From Hydrolagus colliei (taxonomy: Eukaryota): a DNA stretch of 64,000 bases. The position numbers and the translations under genes are program-made. Location of the stretch: contig CM068769.1 in NCBI GenBank assembly GCA_035084275.1, forward strand, positions 1,550,001-1,614,000. Reading direction: 5' to 3'. A model generated the notes under the pieces. That model was not told the origin of the DNA. It saw nothing but the letters and a program-made list of their open reading frames with translations, and made no database searches. Shown here in pieces: positions 48,517 to 59,384 of the stretch. Numbering within the stretch: the stretch's first letter is position 1; every line of letters begins with the position of its first letter.

Positions 48517-49515
48517 AGTTTTTGTAGGGCGGTAACGCTGTTCTGTGTCTCCGTGGAGCTCAGTGCACAGTAATACAGCACGGAGTCTGTGACTCTCACT
48601 TGGGATATATTTAACGGGACGGTTCTCGCCGCTTTATCCACTGTTGTTGAGAAACGCTCTTTTGTAAAGTCTGCGTATTTATGCTTGTTCCTAGTTGATG
48701 TGCTGAGGGTGTATTCTGGGGGTTTGTAGGGGTATTGTCGATACCAAAACAAATATGGATCGTCGCTGATTGTCATTGTATAATTGCACTGCAGATACAC
48801 ATTCTCCCCTTCATTCACTGTCACAGTCGCTGGGAGCTGTGTCGCCGAGTCTCCTCCACAATGCCCTGGGAAACACAAACATATCAGCGTTTAATGCAAT
48901 AATAACGTAAACATACTTGTTTTTGATACAGCATCGTATAGAGTGATCGTGCCATCTCCAAGCGTTTCACTGACTATATATTGACTCCATTTTGTGGGTG
49001 AAAGCGGCAGGCAGTTGAGTGCATCTTCCAGCACAAACGGTCATGGAATAATAATGATAATCCTTGCATTTAGTATAGCGCTTTTCACTTCTTGGAGTCG
49101 TCTCAAAGCGTTTCCCAGTGTATACTGTGAAGTGTATTGACTAAATTTCTTCAGCAGCTGCATTTATCAAGAGATCAATAGCGTAGTAAAGTGATCGGCC
49201 AATCGACTAATAGATCGGGTACCTAATCACTACTCGGTAAGCAGATATATATGTGGGTCTGTGGAAAATGTACATTTGTAGTTTCGCCCAATCCCACCGA
49301 GAATCGAACTCAGATCCTTCAGCATGCGAGGCGAGTGTTCTAACCACTAGCTGTGGGAAACCACTTATCCACAAGTGGTACAGTATGTTGCTTATTCCAT
49401 GCAATAAAACTTTGGCTTTGAAGAACATGTAAATGAATTGCATCCATATGGATTAGGTGTTTTGCTTACCTGCGAAGTTAATGATGGCGGCTGCCACATA
49501 TATGTACATTGTCAT
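48517..49515 (-). CDS. Intact TCR alpha/delta V, family B (leader 49515-49470; V exon 48865-48556; 23-RSS 48555-48517)
   Basis: MTMYIYVAAAIINFA/GHCGGDSATQ...QCNYTMTISDDPYLFWYRQ...TDSVLYYCALS. RSS CACGGAG, 23 bp, ACAAAAACT. Confidence 0.93.
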
Positions 49516-50142
49516 CTGTGTTAATGGCACCCTGTGTTGAGGAAGCGCTGGTGGTTTAGTGGGAGAATGTTGGCTGGGAAACATTAAGATACCATGAGGA
49601 GGACTGAACAGGCAATGACATAAACAGGTTGCCATACACTGTGAGTGAGCTGGTCTGTGGTTTATGTACAACCTTTGTTTCTCTGTCACTGGGCGTCATC
49701 TTCTCTGCTCTGCCATCTCGCTCCTCCATTGGTTCTCTTCTAACACTGACATGCCATTGATAAAATGGATGGCAGACACCTGCAGCAAGATAGATCGATA
49801 GATGCATTACATGTCGTCCAAACACATACATGAGTTCCACACATCTGTACAATCTCTGGACTCATAGTTTAATGGTATCAACACTCGCCTTACAAGCACT
49901 TTACCTGCGTTTGATGGCTGCCAGAGCGAAACGTTGGTCAAGTTTACTTACTCCACACTCCGACCGAGGTTTACCGAGAGTAAGTAGGATTACGGTTGAT
50001 AATCGCTTAAAGAGCAGCTTTCCAGGGAAACAATCTCTCCCACCATAGGGAACTCGATCCGCGTCTGTTTATAGGACAATGCTGTGCCGAACTGAATGCC
50101 TCGTTTCGCCAGCAAAACGAAACGTAAGTACATTTTACGTTG

Positions 50143-50753
50143 NNNNNNNNNNNNNNNNNNNNNNNNNNNNNNNNNNNNNNNNNNNNNNNNNNNNNNNNNN
50201 NNNNNNNNNNNNNNNNNNNNNNNNNNNNNNNNNNNNNNNNNNNNNNNNNNNNNNNNNNNNNNNNNNNNNNNNNNNNNNNNNNNNNNNNNNNNNNNNNNNN
50301 NNNNNNNNNNNNNNNNNNNNNNNNNNNNNNNNNNNNNNNNNNNNNNNNNNNNNNNNNNNNNNNNNNNNNNNNNNNNNNNNNNNNNNNNNNNNNNNNNNNN
50401 NNNNNNNNNNNNNNNNNNNNNNNNNNNNNNNNNNNNNNNNNNNNNNNNNNNNNNNNNNNNNNNNNNNNNNNNNNNNNNNNNNNNNNNNNNNNNNNNNNNN
50501 NNNNNNNNNNNNNNNNNNNNNNNNNNNNNNNNNNNNNNNNNNNNNNNNNNNNNNNNNNNNNNNNNNNNNNNNNNNNNNNNNNNNNNNNNNNNNNNNNNNN
50601 NNNNNNNNNNNNNNNNNNNNNNNNNNNNNNNNNNNNNNNNNNNNNNNNNNNNNNNNNNNNNNNNNNNNNNNNNNNNNNNNNNNNNNNNNNNNNNNNNNNN
50701 NNNNNNNNNNNNNNNNNNNNNNNNNNNNNNNNNNNNNNNNNNNNNNNNNNNNN
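50143..50753. other. Assembly gap (N run)
   Basis: N characters; further gaps occur inside the 59-64 kb satellite. Confidence 1.
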
Positions 50754-51158
50754 CAAAATATATAGGAGGAGGTGCTCAGAGGAACTCCCACAGCGTGTGT
50801 GTATGGGGTTAGATGATTCCTTTATTTGTGTTGATCCCGGTCCTCACATCAAAACACTCAAGAATCTCGCACCATCCTACATTCGTGACTTCCTATCCCT
50901 CCTATCTCTTTACCAACCTGCCCGCCCCCTTCGTTCGGCTGGATCTGACCTGCTCTACGTCCCCCGATCGACCCTCCCAACCAATCGCGGGCGAACCTTC
51001 AACCACTCTGCCCCCAACATCTGGAAATCCATCCCGAATTCATTCCGCCACAGTTTTTACTGAGAAGTGAATCGACTGTATGCGCTACTGTATAAACGTG
51101 GCAAGCCTCTTCCTCTATTTTGCAACCCTAGTACTCTAAGCATTGGACTGCAGTCACC

Positions 51159-51988
51159 TGGGCAGACACATGGCAGATGAAGTTTAATGCAGAGAAGTGT
51201 GAGGTGCTGCATTTTGGGAGAAGAAATGAAGGGAGGCAATATAGGCTAGATAGTACAATTTTAAATGATGTGAAGGAACAGAGAGACCTGGGGATTTGTG
51301 TTAGTGTCTCGTTGAAGGTGGCAGGACAGGTAGACAAGGCTGTTAAGAAGGCATATGGGATACTAGGCTTTATCAATAGGGGTATAGAGTACACAAGTCA
51401 GGAAGTGCTGACTAACCTCTATAAGACTTTGGTGAGTCCTCAGCTGGAATACTGTGTTCAATTCTGGTCACCACACTACAGAAAGGATGTGAAGGCATTG
51501 GAAAGGGTACAACGAAGATTTACTAGGATGGTGCCAGGATTGAGGGACTTCAGCTATGAGGAGAGGCTAGATAGGCTAGGGTTGTTCTCTCTGGAGCAGA
51601 GAAGATTGAGGGAAGACCGAATTGAGGTTTATAAGATCATGAGGGTTTCGACAGGGCAAATAGAGAAAAACTATTTCCACTCGTGGGCGAATCTCACAGA
51701 TTTAAAATAGTTTCAAGGCGAAGTAGAGGGGAGCTGAGGAGAAATCTTTTCACTCAGCGTGTTGTTCGAATCTGGAATGCATTGCCTGAAAAGGTGGTGG
51801 AGGCTGATTCGATAACAACTTTTAAAAGGGAATTAGATCTTTATTTAGCGAGAACAGGTCTATTAGGCTATGGGGAGCGGGCAGGGCAGTGGGATTGAAT
51901 CGCTCTTTTCAAAGAGCCGGCACAGACTAGATGGGCCAAATGGCCTCCTTTTGTGCCGTAGAATTCTATGAATCTATGAATCTATGAA
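51159..51988 (+). mobile_element. 5'-truncated CR1 LINE ending ~11 nt from a V RSS nonamer
   Basis: ORFs 51177-51710 and 51683-51898 (LEYCVQFWSP, RIWNALPE), with a tail repeat to ~51988. Confidence 0.93.
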
Positions 51989-51999
51989 AAACCTTAGCA

Positions 52000-52482
52000 T
52001 GTTTTTATACAGGTCCTTCGTAAACACACATCACTGTGCTCTCCGCACATAAGTAAGTGGCGGAGTCAGACACTCGCACGTCTTGGATCGATAACGTGCT
52101 GTTTTTCCCAACAGTCAAAGCATTTATCCTCTCCTTCTGCTTCATCTCTCTCGATCCCAACACCAAGTAAGTGATGGAGCCGTTTCCATGCAGATTGTAC
52201 CATTGAAACCCTGGGCTGGACACTGTGGTGCTGCACTCCATAATTACATTCCGATTTCCATTCTCTGTCAGAGCCTGAGGTCTATGTGACACCTCACTTT
52301 CAGCCAAGACACCTGGGGACATAGAATATTCTTGGATAGTATTTCATCAAATGTCTGCAATAAAATTTATAATTATGTACCAGGAAAACCAGGATGCGTG
52401 TGTCCAATCTGATACTCTACTTACACAAGATTGTTGCAATTAAATAAAAAATTACATATGGTGCATTAAAATCCTGCTTCAT
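52000..52482 (-). CDS. Intact TCR alpha/delta V, family C (leader 52482-52425; V exon 52312-52039; 23-RSS 52038-52000)
   Basis: MKQDFNAPYVIFYLIATIL/CVLAESEVSHRPQ...MECSTTVSSPGFQWYNL...SDSATYLCAES (one codon shorter than its paralogues). RSS CACAGTG, 23 bp, ATAAAAACA. Confidence 0.92.
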
Positions 52483-53422
52483 TCTCATGTCTTTTCTATT
52501 CACGTCAAAATGTCTTATTGATGTACAGTGGGAAATCAGCTACAGGCTGATAAATGTTAGCAATTTTTTGTGGAACGCAGTTAGCCATGCAGCTTATAAC
52601 TAGATTCTCAGTGACACCTTCACACACTTCTCACTTCCTGTATGTTTGCTTCTGCCGAATTCATTCGCCAATTGGCTAGACACTTGCTGCTGGTTAGCGG
52701 AGGTTTGCATGTGTGTGAAGTTAGCAAACGTGACTTATGTTTCTCCCACCCTAATTGGTTCCCAATCAGGCGAGATTTGGGGCAAATATACATACTCGAT
52801 ACACACACACCTCATTTTAGTTTAGAATAAGGAGGAAACCGCAGCTTAGTCCATTGGTGGTTCACTTTGCTGGGGATAATATTCCCCATCTCCAAAATGT
52901 TCTACATCAAAGGCAAGCAACACTAAAATAATCATTAATATTGACAGTATAATTACTAGCATTATGATTAAGATCGCTGTCCGGTCATCTATGTAATTAT
53001 TTGGACGCCTTGAAGCATGTAAACAATATAATTCTTCTGCACCTAAGTTTAATTAATTGTTCTCAGTTTTATCGTGTTCCCAATCTACACTGAAACAATC
53101 TGCCTTACTGTAGTTACCAAAATCTAATGCAATTGTTAACAAAGTGAGATCCGCTAGAATGCGGATGCTTATGTTGGAGAAAGACAATAACATGCATATA
53201 TGACATCCCCATTACCTTTTCGAGCAAACTAAGCCTTGCGATTGTCATGGTTACGAATTAGACAAACCTTTGAACATTTCAGCAGAAGCAGCAATAATAC
53301 GCAGGATTTAACAAATGTGGACTGTAATAGGAAGCACCTGTTATAGCTGTCAAGGTAGATTGACACAGAATGGAACGTGGCAAGCTATGTCAATTGCAGA
53401 TGGTGTTATATGTGTGTTTTGT

Positions 53423-53436
53423 CTGCCATCTGCTGG
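53423..53436 (-). promoter_or_regulatory. CTCF-like motif in duplicated block 53200-53640
   Basis: Minus strand CCAGCAGATGGCAG, a full match to CCASYAGRKGGCRS. Confidence 0.65.
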
Positions 53437-54849
53437 TGGACTGTAGCTACTGCACGAGTATAATTTAAAAGCAAGAGTTTTTTTGGGCGCCCTACATAAC
53501 GTTCCTGGTACTATTGTCTCCAATGGAAATTTATAGCTTAGTTCCATTTACTTGCTTTTTCCTCGTGTTGCCTGTGCTTTAATGGGACACTCGAATTCAT
53601 TCTCATTCACAGTCTCTTACTATGACATATCCCTGATAATTGTTTCTCCACATTAATTCTATTCCTTGCTCTGATCCTGTAAACGTTGATTATATTCTGC
53701 TTCACCTTGAGCTGGCATTCACCGTTTACATGACAGCACAACAATAGTTACCTGTGTGTGGCACTATTCATTTCGCGATGATGCAGTGTATTTACTACTA
53801 CATCAACAAAAGAATCACATTTGGGACGTCCTCCCGACGTGACAGGCGCTATGTAAGTACAATTTTGTTGCTGCTGTTCACGTCGGATGGACGTCCGAAG
53901 CCGCTGACCAGTCCGCTCGAGAACTGAGCAATGGAGAGGGCAGCGTCGTGGGGAGGGTCGTGAGAGAGGTGACACTGGAGGGCGAGAGTTAGCAGCGAAT
54001 GGACAGAGTGAGTAGGGCAGGAGAAGGCAAGGTCGAAGAGTAGCGTCTTGAGACCGACATTAAAGGAGGCTATGGAGGTAGGGAGATAGTCAGTCGAAGG
54101 GACTGTAGGAAGGAGATCCAGAGAGCAGCGAATGAAAATCCGTCCACCGATAATAGGGCGGGTCAGGCGGGGGACAACGAGCAGATCGCATCCCACTGAA
54201 CGGAGGGGGAGTGGAGGTTAATATTAGGACAGCAGATCGGAGAGTTGGTGGTGGGTATGGGTGGCGAGCGGTTGGATCGCGGGGCTGGCAAGGCCGTGAA
54301 TGGCCTTAAAGGTGTGGAGGAGGATTTTGAATTCGAAAACTTCATGAGAATTGACAAACAATCTGCATTTTTATTTTTGTGACATAAATAATAAACTTTG
54401 TCCTCAATTCCTATTGCCTCATGGACCAACACAATCATGTCTTCCGTGTATGTTCTTTTTCGATCCATTGATTGAACCTTTTGTATCTGCACATCCAGAC
54501 CTGGTGTCACCGCTAAGCAACAGATGTCAAGCTGTTCATCGAATTGTTCATCGAACAGCCCAACAAACCAGGACCTTTGAAGTTATGTCAGTGACAATAA
54601 TATGATTTTGTTTTATACCCAATTAATGCTAGCGTTTGACTGAGCACCATATCACATCTTTTACAGTAAATTTTTACCAATGGAAAAGGAATGTACAAAT
54701 CAACTAAAAAACAGGTTTGAATTTAATACTGGGTAAACGGTGCAGATTAAGAAAACTTCAACAAAGATTCGTTCTGCATGGAATTGAACCCAGTTTCCTC
54801 GCTGGAGATATGAGTGCTCTAAAAACTGAGCTATATGATTACACTTGGC

Positions 54850-55733
54850 AGTTTTTGTAGGGCGGAAGCTCTGATCTGTGTCTCTGTGGGGCTCATTGCA
54901 CAGTAATACACCGCCGAGTCATTAACTCTCACTTCAGTTATATTTATCGGGACAGTTCTTCCCACTTTATCCACCATCGTTGAGAATCGTTTGTTGGTAA
55001 AGTCGGCATATTGTGGTCTATTGCTAGTGGACGTCGAAAGGATATATTCTGGAGCTGTGTTTGGATAATGGCGGTACCAGAACAAATAAGGAACGCTTGT
55101 GCTTGTAGCTGTATAATTACATCTCAGATACACATCCTCCCCTTCCTTCATTGTCATGGTAGATTGGAGCTGCGTCACAGAGTCTCCTCCACAATGTCCT
55201 GGAAATCATACACATGTCAGCGTTCAGTAGAATAACACCAATAATAAGAATAATGTAGGCATATGACAAAACTACATCTTGCGTCTTCATGTTAATTAAA
55301 CGTTTACTAATGAATATAGTTTAACGCATACTGTCTGTTTACTTTATGGTCGAAACGTAGTAGAGATTTGTACACAAAAGTGTTCCACAAACAGTCGTGG
55401 ATTGAGTAACTGTATTATCATTAGCAGTATCACATATTGATAGATAATTACCCCCCAATAAAGCAAACGGCCAACGGACCATCTTTGAAATTACTTCCCA
55501 GTAATCACAGCAATGCGTGATGAGTGACAAAAGTTGCGTAATGTTTCGCCCTGTTCCGGCCTTGGAAGGATCCCAGGTACTCTCGATTGTGACAGCTCTA
55601 TAAAGCTTGTTGTGTATTCATTATGTTAAGCAATAAACACTAGGCTGGATAATAAGTGCAGTTGACTGACTATACAATGAGTGTATGGCTTACCTGACAA
55701 GGCAATGATGGCTGCTGCCACATATATATACAT
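54850..55733 (-). CDS. Intact TCR alpha/delta V, family B (leader 55733-55694; V exon 55198-54889; 23-RSS 54888-54850)
   Basis: MYIYVAAAIIALS/GHCGGDSVTQ...RCNYTATSTSVPYLFWYRH...NDSAVYYCAMS. RSS CACAGAG, 23 bp, ACAAAAACT. Confidence 0.93.
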
Positions 55734-56886
55734 TGCCGTGTATGTGCAAAGGGCGCTGATAGTTTAGTTGGAGAATGTAGGCCGGGAAGCGGTAATATAC
55801 CATGAGGAGAGCTGAACACTAAATGACAAAGTGGGAGCAGGTCTGAGGTTTATGTACAAACCTTGTGTCTCTGCCAATGTGCGTCATCTTATCTGCTCGG
55901 CCATCTCGCTCCTCCATTGGTTCTCTGCCATCCCTGACATATCTTTGATCCACCGGGTGTCTGACACGTAGCAATATGGTTACTAGTCAACCAGTGAGTA
56001 CGAGACACTTTAACTCCATGCTTCAACTCGGTGTTCAGAGCACTAGCTTTTCAAGTGTGTGTTCGAGTCCACGCAGATCAGGGCGAAAGCTTGGACACGT
56101 TTCATTGCACCACAAACACGCCTAGTACTAATCCGTGCAACAACACCCACCACAATAATAGAATTGGTGATTTCAATGCACGATTGTTTGTGGGAATGGC
56201 AGCCGCGTTTCGCCCACAAATATACAGTCAGTTCATTTTACAGTGTACTCTGTGAAGCGCTTTCAGACTTCGATAAGATGTGAAAAGCGCTGTATCAAGT
56301 GCAATAATTCTTCTTATTATTATTAATTGATGTTTCCTTTCCAGGGGCATCATACTCTTGTTAAATAAGTAACTCAAAACACGTCTGTCTGTGGGACAAT
56401 GCTGTTGTGTACGATTGGTTGACAATCGAGTGATAATGTTTCTTGAATGGATTACCATCCTGCAAAAGGCGACATGCTAATTTACTATTAAATGGGTCCC
56501 TACTCACACTTCGGCAAACAGACAACAATATTAATAATCTATGCGTTCGATATAGTGCCTTACCACGTCATCGAGACGTCGAGGAGCGCTTCCCTGGTTG
56601 CAATGTGCTTTGCGTTTTACTTTATATGTTATCGGATAAATGCGGCACATACCTGCGCAAAGCAGTGTCTCGCAAAAAGTCGTAGATTGAAGTGATCATT
56701 CTAATTTGGAATTATGACACGCGGAATAGCCATCCACTATTAGAATAATGAACTGATTCCTATTCACTCCTATGTACTCAGAAGCGTGTGGTGCTAGAAA
56801 ACAATGACCGAGTTTTCTGCCTGCGAGGATACGAACCAGCGATTTCATCGTTTGGGAAACGAGTGCTTTAATCATTGAGCTAAGCA

Positions 56887-57388
56887 TGTTTTTGTACAGG
56901 CTCCTCTCAGACACGCAGCACTGTGCTCTCTGCTGCACAGAAGTAAGTGGCCGTGTCTGTCACTCGCACGTCTCTGATTGTCAGTGTGCTGTTCTTCTCT
57001 TTTGTATCAGCCAAAGCACTTATCCTCTGCTCCGCCTTTACCTCTCTTTTTCCCAACACCAATAACCCTATGGAGCCGTTTCCATTCTGTTTGTACCATT
57101 GGAAGTAGCGGACGTCTACATTGGTCCTGCATTCTATAAATACAATTCCAGTTTCGTTCTCTGCGATGGATAGAGGTCTCTGTGTCACTTCGCTTTCAGC
57201 CAAAACACCTGGGAAATACAAATGAAGAATCTAGGAGAGAAATTTGGGGAAAACAAACACCACCATCGACACATTTTATGATTTCGCAGTAAAGCAAAGA
57301 TGTGATTCTCCCAATCAATAGTTTACTTACATAGCTGTGTTGTCATTAAATTTACAAAAATGTATATTGGATTGAAATTCGGCTTCAT
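56887..57388 (-). CDS. Intact TCR alpha/delta V, family C (leader 57388-57331; V exon 57208-56926; 23-RSS 56925-56887)
   Basis: MKPNFNPIYIFVNLMTTQL/CVLAESEVTQRP...IECRTNVDVRYFQWYKQ...TDTATYFCAAES. RSS CACAGTG, 23 bp, ACAAAAACA. Confidence 0.94.
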
Positions 57389-58084
57389 TCTCTGGTTGAA
57401 ACGTTACGAGTGTTCGGCACGGTTGACTCGAGTCTTTAGCTGTGCAGATGGTAATTATATTCTCGATCACGACTTCACCCACAGCTCACTTCCGGCATAT
57501 TTGCTTGTGGTAAATTGTGCATTCATTAGTAGACTTTCATCAGTGCTCATGCTTACTGCTGGGTAAACAGTGCCATGTGTGTGGATGAAAGTAACCGTGC
57601 CCAGTCTTTCTGCTTAGTCGAGCAGGGAATATACGTCCAAATATGCACTTACCAATGCCAATCGCTGGGTGAGCGTCACGACAGTTGGAACTCAAAACAT
57701 TCCTATTGCTATAACCACTCCATTCGTCAGGGTTTTGGCTTGCTGGATTAATAGGAGCAGAGTGGAATTACTCCACTTTAATCGTGACTTGTCTGCTCTT
57801 CTAGGTCCTACTGATGAACCAGCCTGGTCTACCCTGGCATCCGCAGTTTCGTGAAATACTGCGAAGTTGTCTACCTAAAGAACATGTCTACCACTGCAAT
57901 TGGACTAGAGACCGTCACAGATAGTTGGATAGATTCTGATATTCCGTTACAAAATTCAAGATAATCTGCCGTGAGAACTGCTTCCCTCCCACAAGTAGGA
58001 TAAGTGATTTTACTCAGAACATTGTGGACATTTACATAGTACAAGGGCACCCTCTTTCGGCAGTAAAGCGCTACTGCGGATTTT

Positions 58085-59340
58085 CATTTTTAATTGAGTA
58101 ACAACAACAACAACAACAAATTATATTTATAAAGCGCATTTCACGTCGGGGGGACGTCCCAAGGCGCTGCACAGGAGGCGTGTGATCCGAGCTGGGAGGG
58201 GATTGTACGGGTATGTGTGAAACACGTAGGGGATGTCGAAAACGTCTGTGTGGAACAAAAGGCAAGGTCGAAGAGGAAAGACTTCAAACCGGCCTTGAAA
58301 GAGGAAAGTGAAGAAACGAGACGGAGTGATTGAGGGATGGAATTCCATAAGGTGGGAGCAGAAAAACTGAAGGCCCGGCCTCCGATGGTGGGGCGGTTCG
58401 GGCGGGGGGCTTGGAGCAGGTCAAGCCCTGCTGAACGGAGGGTCCGGGTGGGCTTGTAGGGGGAGAGTAGATTGGTTAAGTAGGGCGGGGCAAGGCAATG
58501 TAAGGCATTGAAGGTGAGGACGAGGATCTTGAATTCGATCCTCTGAAGGATGGGGAGACAGTGGAGACGGGCGAGGGTGGCGGTTATGTGGTCGCGGCGG
58601 CGGGTGCGGGATAATACATGGGCTGTAGAATTTTGGATGACCTGCAGCCTGTGAATGGAGGAACTGGGGAGGCCGACGAGGAGAGAGCCCTGACGGACGC
58701 CGTGAGAAACTGTGCGGGGGTTTGAGGAAAAACCATTGGAAGAAAGAAAGTGTAAACGGTGGGTCAAATAAGAATGGTACCAGTCAAGGACTGTGCCTTG
58801 AAGGTTGAGGTGGGAGGAAGGACGTTGGAGGAGGATGGTGTGATCGACTGTGTCGAACGCAGCAGATAGGTCAAGGAGGACGAGGAGGTCACAGGCGGTT
58901 AGGATACCATTTGTAACGTTAACCAGAGCAGTTTATGTGCTGTGAATAGGGCGGAAACCTGATTGCAGGGGTTCAAGGATTGAATGAATTGAAAGGAAAG
59001 AGAGGAGCTGGGAGACAAACACTCTTTCAAGGACCTTGGATAAAAACGGGAGGTTGGAGATGGGTCGATAGCTTGATGGATGCGACGCATCAAGGGAGGG
59101 TTTCTTCAGGATAGGGGTGATGGTGGCTGTTTTAAGGGAGGTAGGGACAGTGCCTGAGGAGAGGAAAAGGTTGATGATGTCAGAAATGAACGGGGCCAAA
59201 AGGTGGAGCTGGGTGTGGAGGAGGGGGGTGGGGATAGGTTCCAATGAGCACGTGGTGGGTTTCATGGAGGTGATTATTTGCGTGATTGAAGACGGGGTAG
59301 TGGGGTAGAAAGTATGAAATGGAGGGTGGGTGGGTGTTGC
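58085..59340 (-). mobile_element. L2 LINE with internal deletion of the RT core
   Basis: YRPISNLPFLSKVLE and DTVDH-region frames. ORF 58141-58767 joins HGVRQGS directly to LLVGLPSSSIHRLQ. L2 tail with (GTT)n. Confidence 0.9.
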
Positions 59341-59384
59341 ACGGAGGCAATTCTATACATGTGTGTCCCTCTCGCCGCCATTTT

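Noticed and set aside
48526-48555. Second CACAG 8 nt inside family-B RSS spacers (also 39.1k and 54.9k)
   Set aside because: It would leave a 15-bp spacer, incompatible with the 12/23 rule; treated as a shared spacer feature.
19695-57388. IgH-like V segments (trans-rearranging or TAILV-type) reported in shark TCR delta loci
   Set aside because: None of the conventional Vs shows IgH hallmarks such as WVRQ..GKGLEW or RFTISRD, or an adjacent D; all look TCR-type by eye.
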